Position numbers and translations under genes: made by a program
From: Chloroflexota bacterium
GTDB lineage: Bacteria; Chloroflexota; Limnocylindria; Limnocylindrales; CSP1-4
Reading direction: 5' to 3'
DNA length: 64,000 nt
Assembly: GCA_003158295.1 (NCBI GenBank)
Contig: PMIP01000084.1
Coordinates: 48,992-112,991 of the forward strand
In this document: positions 8,990 to 18,097 of the stretch, piece after piece
Numbering within the stretch: position 1 is the stretch's first letter
Layout: every line of letters begins with the position of its first letter
The notes under the pieces: generated by a model
The model's database searches: none
The model's input: the letters and a program-made list of their open reading frames with translations, nothing else
Told to the model about the DNA's origin: nothing

Positions 8990-10336
8990 TTGGCCGGGCC
9001 AGCGCAACCGCTCGGTGTGCCGCGGGACGACCTTGGTGCGGCGACGGTCGGCGTCGAGCCGGTGCCGGCACGCTTCCGCGTGCTCGGTTTCCTCGACTAC
9101 TTCGTCCTGTGGGCCGATCTTGGGGTGGGGCTGCTGGTCCTGGCCGCCGGATCGTATCTGGTGCCGGGGCTTGGGTTGCCCCAGGCGCTCGCGGCCATCG
9201 TTCTGGGCACGGCCGCTGGCAACCTCATGCTGGGCCTGGCCGGAGTCATCGGCAGCGAGCACGGCGTCCCGTCCATGGTCAGCCTCCGGCCGAGCTTCGG
9301 CCGGCGCGGCAGCTACCTGCCGAGCCTGATCAACGTCGTTCAGCTCGTCGGCTGGGGCGCCTTCGAGATAGTCATCATGGCCCAGGCTTCGTCGCGGTTG
9401 AGCGGCCCGATCCTGGGCCTCGCCAGCTACCCGATCTGGACGGTGGGCTGGGCTGCGATCGTCATCCTGATGGCCCTGGGCGGGCCACTCGTCGTGGTCA
9501 GGCAGTGGCTGGAGAAGATCGGCATCTGGCTCGTCCTGCTCACGATCTCGTGGATTGCGGTCTATGCCCTGACGCGAGGCAATCTAGGTTCCATCTGGGC
9601 CCGGCCCGGAGACGGCAGCCTCGGCTTCGCCCAGGCGATCGATCTCGTTGTGGCGATGCCGATCAGCTGGCTGCCGCTCGTAGCGGACTTCAACCGTTTC
9701 GCGAAGGACTCCCGGTCGTCCTTCGCGGGAACCGTGGCCGGGTTCGCCGTCGCCAACGTGATGTGCTACGCCCTGGGCGCGCTTCTTATCCTGGTCCTCC
9801 CCTCGACAGACCTCGTCGGCTCGATCATGACCGTGGCCTTCGGTGCGGCGGGCCTGGCGCTACTGCTCGGCGACGAGACAGACAACGCCTTCGCCGACGT
9901 GTACTCGAGCGCCATTTCGATCAAGAACGTGGTTCCCGGCCTGTCGACGCGTGCCCTGGTGGCGGCGGTTGGCGGAACGTGTCTTGCCCTCGCGCTGACC
10001 GTCGATCTGGCCAGCTTCCAGGGGTTCCTGTACCTGGTTGGATCGCTGATCACGCCGCTCTTCGGGGTTCTCTTCGCCGACTACTTCCTGCTGCGCCGGC
10101 GGCGCTACACGAGCGAGGAGCTGTATCCGCTCGAGCTTGGAGGCCAGCTGCCCTGGGGCGCGAATCCGATCGCCCTGCTCGCCTGGGCGGCCGGTGTGGG
10201 GGCATACCTGGTCGAGACGACCTACGTGCACTGGCTGGGCGGGACGTTGCCGTCGCTGGGCGCCTCGATGGCGGCATATCTCCTGATGAGCCTGGCGATC
10301 AAGGGTGCCCGCCCGCCGCATGAGACGACGACGTAG
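8990..10336 (+). CDS. cytX: NCS1-family permease, putative hydroxymethylpyrimidine/thiamine-precursor transporter (CytX-like)
   Basis: 448 aa with about 12 TM segments and a cytosine/purine/allantoin permease-like sequence. Last gene of the TPP-riboswitch operon. Confidence 0.7.
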   Translation: MAGPAQPLGVPRDDLGAATVGVEPVPARFRVLGFLDYFVLWADLGVGLLVLAAGSYLVPGLGLPQALAAIVLGTAAGNLMLGLAGVIGSEHGVPSMVSLRPSFGRRGSYLPSLINVVQLVGWGAFEIVIMAQASSRLSGPILGLASYPIWTVGWAAIVILMALGGPLVVVRQWLEKIGIWLVLLTISWIAVYALTRGNLGSIWARPGDGSLGFAQAIDLVVAMPISWLPLVADFNRFAKDSRSSFAGTVAGFAVANVMCYALGALLILVLPSTDLVGSIMTVAFGAAGLALLLGDETDNAFADVYSSAISIKNVVPGLSTRALVAAVGGTCLALALTVDLASFQGFLYLVGSLITPLFGVLFADYFLLRRRRYTSEELYPLELGGQLPWGANPIALLAWAAGVGAYLVETTYVHWLGGTLPSLGASMAAYLLMSLAIKGARPPHETTT

Positions 10337-10982
10337 CCCGATCGATACCGGAGGTTCCGAGGATTCGGTCGACCCACTCGGCCACCGAAGCTGCCGTCTC
10401 CACAGCTCCGGCCGCGGTGAGCTCTTCCGAGCGCGCCAGCATCGAAACGATCCCGACGCCTCGCACGCCGGTGGCGGAGGCCATACGCATGTCATCGAGC
10501 GCGTCCCCGACGTAGACGGCCTCCGCGGGTGCGCAGCCGCCCGCCAACTCGAGCGCGAGCAGGAGTGGCGCGGGGTGAGGCTTCCCGGCGGACGTGTCGT
10601 TGCCGTAGACGCGCACGGTCATCAGGTCGTCGATGCCCAAGCGGCGAAGTTGGGGCTCCACCTCGGCACGATCGCCGCCCGTTACCACACCCAGGGTGTA
10701 GCCGCCCATCACCAGCCTGGCCAAGGCTCCTTGGACGCCGTCGAAGGGCCGCGTCCGGTCGCTCCGGAACGTTTCTCTCCATACCTGGACGGCTTCCTCG
10801 GTCCGATCCCCCGGTATGCCGAGCGAGTCATACATGTGCCGCCAGTTGGGGGAGAAGGTGCGTCTGAAGATGGCCAGGTCGAACGGCACGCCGATCCTGC
10901 GGCAGATGGCCGCGTCGGTCTCGTAGAGGGCTCCGATGGAGTCGACGATCGTCCCGTCCCAGTCGAAGAGGATGGTCCGCAT
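10299..10982 (-). CDS. HAD-superfamily hydrolase (phosphoglycolate-phosphatase-like)
   Basis: Internal start MRTILFDWDGTIVDS (HAD motif I DxDGT). Motif IV GDALDD is also present. Confidence 0.75.
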   Translation of the reverse strand: MRTILFDWDGTIVDSIGALYETDAAICRRIGVPFDLAIFRRTFSPNWRHMYDSLGIPGDRTEEAVQVWRETFRSDRTRPFDGVQGALARLVMGGYTLGVVTGGDRAEVEPQLRRLGIDDLMTVRVYGNDTSAGKPHPAPLLLALELAGGCAPAEAVYVGDALDDMRMASATGVRGVGIVSMLARSEELTAAGAVETAASVAEWVDRILGTSGIDRATSSSHAAGGHP

Positions 10983-11182
10983 GGCAGTACATCCTACTGT
11001 CGGCAAATTGACACCGGGCCGATGCATCCAATTGCTTCCGTTCGTCGAATACACATATAGAGTGACCAGCGGGCCTCCTTTGGTTCCTCGACTCGAATTA
11101 CCGCGAAATCCCCTGTTCCGTCCTTCGGGAAAACCGATAACTCAGGTGCAGTTCAACTCGAACGCATGGTAGATTTCCAATC

Positions 11183-11740
11183 GTGACAGACCTCTCGCAC
11201 CCAGCAATCCAGCGTGTTATCGAGGCAGCCTCTCGGAAGGGTGTTGCGCTCGACATCACGATCTTCAGCGACTCGACGCGAACCGCCGAGGAGGCCGCCG
11301 CGACCGTCGGCGCCGAGCTCGGCCAGATCGTCAAGTCGCTGGTTTTCGTGGCGCCGCGCCTCGACGGACGGCTGGTGCCGATCGTCTGCCTGGTTTCCGG
11401 CCGGAATCTGGTCGACATCAGCCTGCTGGCAGCGGTCACCGGCGAGTCGGCGATCCGGCGGGCCACGGCGGTCGAGGTGCGGGAACTGACCGGGTTCTCC
11501 ATCGGCGGAATCCCGCCCTTCGGCCACGGTCGCAACGTCCAGACGGTGATGGATCAGGATTTGGGCGTCTACGAGTGGGTGTGGGCCGCGGCCGGCACGG
11601 ATACGGCCGTCTTCCGCGTCTCTCCGGGAACTCTCCGGATGCTTGCCAACGCTTTCGTGGCCCCGATCGCTGAGACCTCCTGGATGCACTCGCCCCGGGC
11701 CGCCGCAGCCGAGCAGCGACTTCAGTTCGAGACCGGCTAG
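11183..11740 (+). CDS. ybaK: YbaK/ProX-family aminoacyl-tRNA deacylase (Cys-tRNA(Pro) editing domain)
   Basis: 185 aa. KSLVF...GGIPPFGH signature of the YbaK/ProX editing-domain family. Confidence 0.75.
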   Translation: MTDLSHPAIQRVIEAASRKGVALDITIFSDSTRTAEEAAATVGAELGQIVKSLVFVAPRLDGRLVPIVCLVSGRNLVDISLLAAVTGESAIRRATAVEVRELTGFSIGGIPPFGHGRNVQTVMDQDLGVYEWVWAAAGTDTAVFRVSPGTLRMLANAFVAPIAETSWMHSPRAAAAEQRLQFETG

Positions 11741-12216
11741 TACGCCCTGATCCCGCCCGGACCCTGCCCGCCCAGTCGGGCCGCGTTCAGCCTTGAGACG
11801 ACGCCCTTCCGGCGTACGTCCGAGTCGATCGAGTTCGTTCGCGACTGTGGATTAACGGTGGGTAACTCTCGTGGGGGACCGCCAAACTCGGTGGAAAACC
11901 CCATTGCCCGGGCGATCAGCTTCGCCTAGCGTGAATAGCACGCCTGAAGGTGTCGAGCGACTGCTAGCGGCTGAGATGACATCAAGGCTCACGCAGCCGG
12001 GTAGGTTCCTTCGGGCGTCTTTGTTTGCTCGCCGATCCCTACGCGACCGCCCCGCCGGCGCAGCGCCGCCCCCGTTGATCAGATGTCGAGGCGGCGTCCG
12101 GATGACTCCGGGCACCGCCTCGGCATTTTGCGAGGTCCGGGGTGGAGGATGGGGACCCGGCTCTCGCTGGTATTCGGATTCGGGCCGCGGTTCCGAGCGG
12201 AACCGGTGGGCGCTTG

Positions 12217-12501
12217 TCAGGTCTGCAGCCGTTCGACCGTGCCCCACTCCGTGTTCGAGTACAGGTTTCGCAGGAAGAGGAGCCGATTGATCTGCTCGAG
12301 CGACCATCGAGAGTCGCATTCCGGCAGACCGACGACGTAGCCGATCAACATGGCGGCGTCCGCACCATCGAACCCGCCGGCGAGCAGCAAGCGGTAGGCC
12401 TCCTGCGTCTGGACCCAGCGCGGCAGGAGATCCGGTGGAAGCGGAGCCGCCGTCGGGGCCTCTGTGTCGTGCTGATCGGCGAGCTGGGCGGCTTCGCCCA
12501 T
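12217..12501 (-). CDS. hypothetical small protein (about 95 aa)
   Basis: Only the C-terminal roughly 95 codons of a long antisense ORF look protein-like (AYRLLLAGGFDGADAAMLIGYVVGLPECDSRWSLEQINRLLFLRNLY). ATG at 12501. Divergent from the membrane-protein/WYL/HD cluster. Confidence 0.35.
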   Translation of the reverse strand: MGEAAQLADQHDTEAPTAAPLPPDLLPRWVQTQEAYRLLLAGGFDGADAAMLIGYVVGLPECDSRWSLEQINRLLFLRNLYSNTEWGTVERLQT

Positions 12502-12801
12502 AGGAACCGGGAACGACAGGTACGACGACCGTCGCGAGGCCGGGCCAGGACGGCTTGCAAGCGGCCGCCGGGCCAGCGGCCCGGTCCTGCCTGTGCTGCG
12601 TCGATCCGCCTGTCGAGGCATCTTCGGAACCTCCGTGTTCACTCGCCCTTGTACCGGAACAGTCGGTTCCGCCGACCGTTGGGACGAGAGCCGTGGGTCC
12701 CAGCACGGCGGGTACTTGCGGTCCAGTGGTCGTGCGTTCGGACTAGGTGCCGGCTGTGCTTCCAGGCGAGTCGAGTGTCTGTGGTTCGCTAGACTGCCAA
12801 C

Positions 12802-13989
12802 GTGCGCGTCCGCCAGTTCGAGCTCAGGCTTCTCGCCGTCGCCCTCACCATCCTCTGGGCCGCGGGCGCCGGTGTGATCCTCGTTGCCTACCGGCCAGGC
12901 GGCCCCGTCGACTTGCTGGTAGGCGTCGCGGCGTCTCTGCCGCTGCTGGTCAGCGTCGCCTCGATCGTGTGGCCGCCGCTTGTGCGCAGCGATCGAGGAT
13001 CGGCGGGGGTCTTCTGGCTTGGCCTGGTCGCGGGGTTGTTGCTGCTGCCCTCGATCGCGGGGGTCACCGGCCAGGTTGTCGAGGGCGGCACTCAGGCTCT
13101 TCTGCCCTCCCTGGAGGTCGTCTACCCCTGGGCTCTGGCCCTGCTGGCTACGAGTCTCTTCGCCGGGATCGGAATCAGCCGCCAGTTCATCAATGAAGTC
13201 GGCATCGGCAAGCGTCGCATAGCCGCCTCTCTGGCCTTCGCCGTCGTGGCAACCTCGGTCATAGGCGGCGTCTACGCCGGCGTGAGTCTGGCCGACGAGG
13301 CCGCTCTTCGCGACCGGCCCGCGACCCATTCCAGGTTCGGACCCACGGAGGCCAACGTCATACCTCCCGAATGTAACCAGGCTCTGGTGAGTGCGACCAC
13401 GGCAAAGCTGGAGCTCGACCTCTGGGCCGACGTCGACGGGCGGTCGGTGGGGACCGTGAATCTCAACGGGAGCCGATCCGGCATGGACGTCTCCTGGACA
13501 GCGCAGGTGGTCCGCGGTGCCGACCTCTTCGTCCAGTACGCCGCAGTGCGTCGGGGATCGGCGGCCTGGCTTCTCGGACCGGGCGGCGCCTGGACGCCGG
13601 TGCCTCCCGCCGAGCTGGACGGCGACATGGTGGATGCCTCGGCCATCGCCGGAGCACTCTCGCTCGGCAACCGAGCCACGGCCGAGAACCGCGGGTTCGA
13701 GTACGTCGAGGGTGCGCGAGCTCGTCACTGCCGGATCGCCGTGGACGGCACCACGTTCCAGACGTCGTTCCCCCAGGTCGTCTGGCTGGTCGGAAACGCG
13801 GACACGTCGACGTGGCGGGGCGAGCTGGACTACTGGGTCTTCGGCGACGGAGAGGTCGGCCGGATCGAGGGTCGGATCAACGGAAGCGCGCAGGAGATCC
13901 TGCCTCACGGCCTCCTGGCGACAGTCAACCTTCGGATGACCGCGACGGACCGGGACACGCCGGTCTCGATTGCGACGCCGCGCACGTGA
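12802..13989 (+). CDS. hypothetical integral membrane protein (5 predicted TM helices plus about 230-aa extracytoplasmic domain)
   Basis: 395 aa. N-terminal hydrophobic helices, then a soluble domain. No recognisable family. Immediately upstream of and overlapping the WYL regulator. Confidence 0.6.
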   Translation: MRVRQFELRLLAVALTILWAAGAGVILVAYRPGGPVDLLVGVAASLPLLVSVASIVWPPLVRSDRGSAGVFWLGLVAGLLLLPSIAGVTGQVVEGGTQALLPSLEVVYPWALALLATSLFAGIGISRQFINEVGIGKRRIAASLAFAVVATSVIGGVYAGVSLADEAALRDRPATHSRFGPTEANVIPPECNQALVSATTAKLELDLWADVDGRSVGTVNLNGSRSGMDVSWTAQVVRGADLFVQYAAVRRGSAAWLLGPGGAWTPVPPAELDGDMVDASAIAGALSLGNRATAENRGFEYVEGARARHCRIAVDGTTFQTSFPQVVWLVGNADTSTWRGELDYWVFGDGEVGRIEGRINGSAQEILPHGLLATVNLRMTATDRDTPVSIATPRT

Positions 13990-15052
13990 TCGGTCGAGAA
14001 TGAGGCCGCCGACAGGACCGATGGGAGGCGGATCTGCGCCGGGCCGGTCCCTGGGCGATGCCGATGGCGCCCTCTCGTCCGATAGAGCGGTCAAGCGCGA
14101 TCGGCTGGCCCGCTTCTACCGGGCCCTTCGCTACCTGGCCGCCCATCCGGAGGGTGCCCCGGTGGACGCCGTCGCCGGCTTCGTGGGCATGTCGCGTCGA
14201 ACCGTCTACCGCGATCTGCAGGCCCTGGAGGGCGAGATCGGGATTCCACTGTGGAGCGAAGGCGGCCGGTGGGGGATCGTGGAAGGCGCCTTCCTGCCCC
14301 CGCTGCGACTGACCCTCGACGAGGCCGTTGCCTTCTTCTTTGCGGCGCGGCTGACGGCCCAATTCGCCGACCGATACGACCCGGACACGGGCGCGGCCTT
14401 CCAGAAGCTGGCGGAGATCCTGCCGCCGGCCGTGGCCCGACACCTGGAGCGGACGATCGACGTGCTGGCCAGCCGGCCGCCGGACGAGAGGCTGACACGG
14501 CACTTGCGGCTGCTCGCTCGAGCTTGGGCGGAGCGGCGAGTGGTGGAGCTGACCTACAACGCGGCGGCTCACAGTCCGGGGCGGCCGCCGAGGCGAGCGC
14601 GAGTGCATCCGTATCTGCTCGAGGCTTCCGCGACGACGCGGGCGCTGTACCTGATGGGCTTCGATGAATCGCGTGGCGCGATCAGGACCTTCAAACTGCA
14701 GCGAATCCTTGACCTGTCTCTCGCGCCGGAGACGTTCGAACCGCCCCACTCCGGAGTCGTGCAGGAGGGGCTCGACCGCGCCTGGGGGGTCATCGCAGAC
14801 CAGGAGGAGGTGGAGGTGGTGCTGCGCTTCGATGCGGCGATCGCCGGCCAGGTGACGGAGACGACCTGGCACCCTACCGAGCGCGTCGTTCCCGAGCCGG
14901 AAGGGAGCGTCGTCTGGAGGGCTCGTGTCCCGGGCACGATCGAGATCCGGCGGTGGATCCTTTCCTGGGGCTCCGAGGTAGAGGTCCTCGAGCCGCCCGA
15001 GCTTCGCGACGAGGTTGCCGCGACACATCGCGCGGCCGCGGCGCGGTACTGA
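13970..15052 (+). CDS. WYL-domain transcriptional regulator (HTH, WYL, WCX-like C-terminal extension)
   Basis: HTH GMSRRTVYRDLQALE near the N-terminus. Central WYL-like region RALYLMGFDESRGAIRTFKLQRI. Length about 330-360 aa as in PafC/BrxR/DriD-type regulators. Alternative starts at 14000 or 14021. Confidence 0.75.
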   Translation: MRRRARDRSRMRPPTGPMGGGSAPGRSLGDADGALSSDRAVKRDRLARFYRALRYLAAHPEGAPVDAVAGFVGMSRRTVYRDLQALEGEIGIPLWSEGGRWGIVEGAFLPPLRLTLDEAVAFFFAARLTAQFADRYDPDTGAAFQKLAEILPPAVARHLERTIDVLASRPPDERLTRHLRLLARAWAERRVVELTYNAAAHSPGRPPRRARVHPYLLEASATTRALYLMGFDESRGAIRTFKLQRILDLSLAPETFEPPHSGVVQEGLDRAWGVIADQEEVEVVLRFDAAIAGQVTETTWHPTERVVPEPEGSVVWRARVPGTIEIRRWILSWGSEVEVLEPPELRDEVAATHRAAAARY

Positions 15053-15075
15053 CCTTCTGCGTCTAGGCTTGCGGC

Positions 15076-16593
15076 ATGCAGGATGAGACCCCAGGCTCGC
15101 TCGACGAGAGGGATGTCGTGCCCGGCGCGCCCGGCACCGGTCCGGCCGCGGCGGCGCACCCGCTCCTGTGGGCCGTCAACCTGATCAGCGATCCGATCCA
15201 CGGCTACATCGAGCTGACGAAGCGCCTCACCTCCGATCGCGCCCGCCAGCTTGGCTTGGCGGGGGAGGAAGCGGCCGAGGGCGACCTGCTGGACTCGGCG
15301 TGGCTTCAACGGATGCGGCGCATCAGCCAGCTCCAGAGCGCCCGCTGGGTCTTCCCCACGGCCGAGCACAGCCGCTTCACTCACAGCCTGGGCGTCATGC
15401 ACGAGGCGGGCCTCTGGGCGCGCCAGCTCTATCCGAGCCTGCGGGCGGAACTGAGCGCGGTCGAGCCGGCCGTCGATCCGCCCTCCGAAGGCCTGGTCGT
15501 GGAGACCATGCGCCTGGCCGGGCTCCTGCACGACGTGGGTCACGGGCCGTTTGCCCATTTCTTCGACGACCACGTGCTGTGCCACTTCCCGGCGCCACCC
15601 GACCCGCGCCGCCGGCACAAGAGCCTGACCCACGAGGACCTCTCGCAGCTGATCATCGAGCGCGAGCTGGGCGACCAGATCCGATCCATCCGGCGGGCTC
15701 CGGGGGCGGTCCCGGAGCGCGACGCCCTCCGGCGTGACGAGTCGATCGATCCGCGCTGGCTCTCGTTCCTGATCTCCAAGCCTGCCCTGGCCGACCCGTC
15801 GATGCCGCGCTGGCTGCGCTGGCTCCAGCCCCTGCTCTCGGGCGTCTTCACCGTGGACAACCTGGACTACGTCCGGCGCGACTCGTACCTGATCGGCGTC
15901 TCCGCGGGGCCGGTGGACGTGGAGCGGCTACGGCGATACAGCTTCGTGGGGCCACATGGGCTCTCGCTGTACGAGCCCGGGTTGGGGGCGCTGGAGATGT
16001 TCCTCACCGCCCGGCTGTTCCTTTATCAGCAGATCTACTTCCACCGATCGGTCCGGGCGATCGATTTGGACCTCGAGGAGGTCTTCCGTCCGAGCATCCT
16101 GGCGATCTTCGGCGAGGGTTCGCCGGCCGATCAGCTGGATCACTACGCCGACCTGGACGAGTACGCCCTCCTGCACCAGGCGGCTTTGTGGGCCCGGGGC
16201 GAGAAACTCTCCGAGCGACCCGCGGCCGGCGACGGGACGGTGACGCCGGAAGTCGGGCGAGTCTGGCAGGCCATCCTGCTGCGCCGGCCACGATGGCATG
16301 CCGAGGCCGAGCTACGGCGCGCGTACGAAGCCAGCGAGCGAGATGCGGAGATGCGGGCGGCCCGGAGCGAGCTCGGACGCGACGAGCCCGGGATGGTCGC
16401 CATCGACCTGGCCGAGGTGGACGCCAGGCCGGCCGAGGCAACGGCCACCGACTCCCTGCTCGCGGTTGTCGGACGAGACGGCCACCCGGCTGCGCCCCTC
16501 AGTCAAGCCCTGGGCCGGATCCCGGCCTACTCGCTCGTGGCCAGACGGTATCGGCGCGGGCAATCCGTCGCGGACAAGGTCTCGGAAGGCTAG
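15076..16593 (+). CDS. HD-domain dNTP triphosphohydrolase, SAMHD1/COG1078-like
   Basis: 505 aa. HD signature HSRFTHSLGV...LHDVGHGPFAH. Downstream VDNLDYVRRDSYLIGV and FLTARLFLYQQIYFHRSVRAIDLDLEEVF align with SAMHD1 DVDKWDYFARDCHHLGI and FHTRNSLHRRAYQHK. Confidence 0.75.
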   Translation: MQDETPGSLDERDVVPGAPGTGPAAAAHPLLWAVNLISDPIHGYIELTKRLTSDRARQLGLAGEEAAEGDLLDSAWLQRMRRISQLQSARWVFPTAEHSRFTHSLGVMHEAGLWARQLYPSLRAELSAVEPAVDPPSEGLVVETMRLAGLLHDVGHGPFAHFFDDHVLCHFPAPPDPRRRHKSLTHEDLSQLIIERELGDQIRSIRRAPGAVPERDALRRDESIDPRWLSFLISKPALADPSMPRWLRWLQPLLSGVFTVDNLDYVRRDSYLIGVSAGPVDVERLRRYSFVGPHGLSLYEPGLGALEMFLTARLFLYQQIYFHRSVRAIDLDLEEVFRPSILAIFGEGSPADQLDHYADLDEYALLHQAALWARGEKLSERPAAGDGTVTPEVGRVWQAILLRRPRWHAEAELRRAYEASERDAEMRAARSELGRDEPGMVAIDLAEVDARPAEATATDSLLAVVGRDGHPAAPLSQALGRIPAYSLVARRYRRGQSVADKVSEG

Positions 16594-17694
16594 TCACGCC
16601 CCGGACGCGGGCGGCGCCGGCACGGGCGTCGGCGTGGGCACGGGTGTCTCCGTCGGCGTGGGCACGGGTGTCTCCGTCGGCGTGGGCGCTTGTGTCTCCG
16701 TCGGCACGGGCGTGGGAGTGGCCGTGACCTCGCCAGTCGGCGTGGCGGTGCCGCTGGCCGCCGGCGCCTTCGACGGCGTGGGCTTGGAAGGCGGTCGCTT
16801 GGTCGGCGGCGGACAACTCGAAGCCTCGTATGGTCGCAGCGCGACCATCTCTTCCACGTTGCAGCGGAACGGCAGGACCAGCAGCGGGTTGACCCGGGCT
16901 ATCTCCGCCGCGGGCATTCGGTCTCGCTCAACGACTCCTGGGTCCAGGGCGAAGATCTTGGTCTCCAGCGGGCTGTAGAGGCTGTAGTGAACGTGGCATC
17001 CGGTGGCCAGTCCGGTCATGCCTTCGTAGCCGATGCGGTCGCCGGCATTGACGTGCTGGCCGGGCTGGACGGTCACCGACGACTCGTGGGCGTAGATGCT
17101 GCGGTATCCGTTGCCGTCGTCGATGACGACCACGATAGGGACGGTGTTCCAGAACTTGTGTTGAGTGAGCCAGTCGTAGTAGCGGGTCAGGCTGCCTTCC
17201 CAGCCCACAAAGTCGTCGTACTGGCGCCCGGCCGCAAGGACGACGCCGTCATGGGCCGCGAGAACCGCGGGGCCGCAGCCGGTGGATATGTCCAGGCCGT
17301 CGTGGAACCGTTGACCGTCGACGATCATCTCGCCCCACGAGGTGGGCCCGAAGGGAAGCGTGACGTTGGCGTTGACGAGCGGCCAGACGTAGCCCGTGAG
17401 ATCCTGCGGCGGGATGGGGACCGGGGCCGTTATGAGTTCCTGGGCAGTCGGCGACTCAGTCACCGAGGCGGATGGGGAAGGGTCGGCCGCCGACGGGGAT
17501 GGCGACGGCGACGTCGCGACCGCGAGCAGTGACCGGGAGGCGCCGGACGAAACCGGCACGCCGGAGTTCGCGGCAACCCCGGGCTCCGTAAGCAGGGAGG
17601 CGGCTTCGACGGCGACCAGGCCGACGGCGAGTACCGCAGCCAAGGCACGGCGCCGACCGGGCAGCCGGCCGCGCAAAGGCCACGCGATCTGCAT
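16594..17694 (-). CDS. secreted M23-family (LytM) metalloendopeptidase with C-terminal Pro/Thr-rich repeat tail
   Basis: Signal-like N-terminus from internal start MQIAWPL at 17694. M23 motifs HDGLDI and GCHVHYSLY. C-terminal TPTETPVPTP repeats. Confidence 0.75.
   Translation of the reverse strand: MQIAWPLRGRLPGRRRALAAVLAVGLVAVEAASLLTEPGVAANSGVPVSSGASRSLLAVATSPSPSPSAADPSPSASVTESPTAQELITAPVPIPPQDLTGYVWPLVNANVTLPFGPTSWGEMIVDGQRFHDGLDISTGCGPAVLAAHDGVVLAAGRQYDDFVGWEGSLTRYYDWLTQHKFWNTVPIVVVIDDGNGYRSIYAHESSVTVQPGQHVNAGDRIGYEGMTGLATGCHVHYSLYSPLETKIFALDPGVVERDRMPAAEIARVNPLLVLPFRCNVEEMVALRPYEASSCPPPTKRPPSKPTPSKAPAASGTATPTGEVTATPTPVPTETQAPTPTETPVPTPTETPVPTPTPVPAPPASGA
16606..16720. repeat. approx 27-bp tandem repeats (gtcggcgtgggcacgggtgtctcc) encoding the PT-rich tail
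   Basis: Three to four near-identical units visible in the sequence. Confidence 0.7.
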
Positions 17695-18052
17695 CCGAGG
17701 ACCGGGGCCGCTCACGGGGGCTTTGTAGCACGTCTGGACGGCGTTCGTAGGCTGCCGCAGCAGGCCTCTCCGACCAAGGCCCCGGCAGGGTTGGGGCGAG
17801 TGGTGCGGTCGAGCCCTTTGCGGCGCGCTCGGCGTCGAGCACCGCCCTGCGCCTTCCGCGACAACGGGTGCCTCCCGGCGCCTCCGCGACAACATGAGTC
17901 GTTGCGAATCCGAGCGGCTGTCTCACTCCCCGGCCCGACGGTCGCGGCTGGCCTCGAAAGCCGCTCGATGTATGGACCGTCCCGGACTCTCCCACCCATA
18001 ATGGCAGCACACGAGTTCAGGTTCTGCATCCCGCCGAGAGCGGCAACGTCGA

Positions 18053-18091
18053 GAGCCCTGCCTGATCCACCTGGAGCCCTGCCTGATCCAC
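18053..18091 (+). promoter_or_regulatory. perfect 18-bp direct repeat x2 (gagccctgcctgatccac, 3-bp spacer) immediately upstream of the cydA RBS
   Basis: Exact duplication abutting the gaggag RBS. Candidate regulator binding site for cydAB. Confidence 0.45.
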
Positions 18092-18097
18092 TGAGGA

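Noticed and set aside
12217-14094. 625-aa minus-strand ORF spanning the membrane-protein gene
   Set aside because: Extremely R/P/G-rich with no domain. It is antisense to a well-formed plus-strand gene, a typical high-GC frame artifact. Only its last roughly 95 codons (12217-12501) look like real protein and lie outside the plus-strand gene.
16594-16720. CRISPR-like regular repeats
   Set aside because: The repeats are contiguous 27-bp coding tandem repeats (PT-rich tail) with no spacers. The same applies to the 18-bp triplications at 2990-3055, 33856-33912 and 51905-51965.
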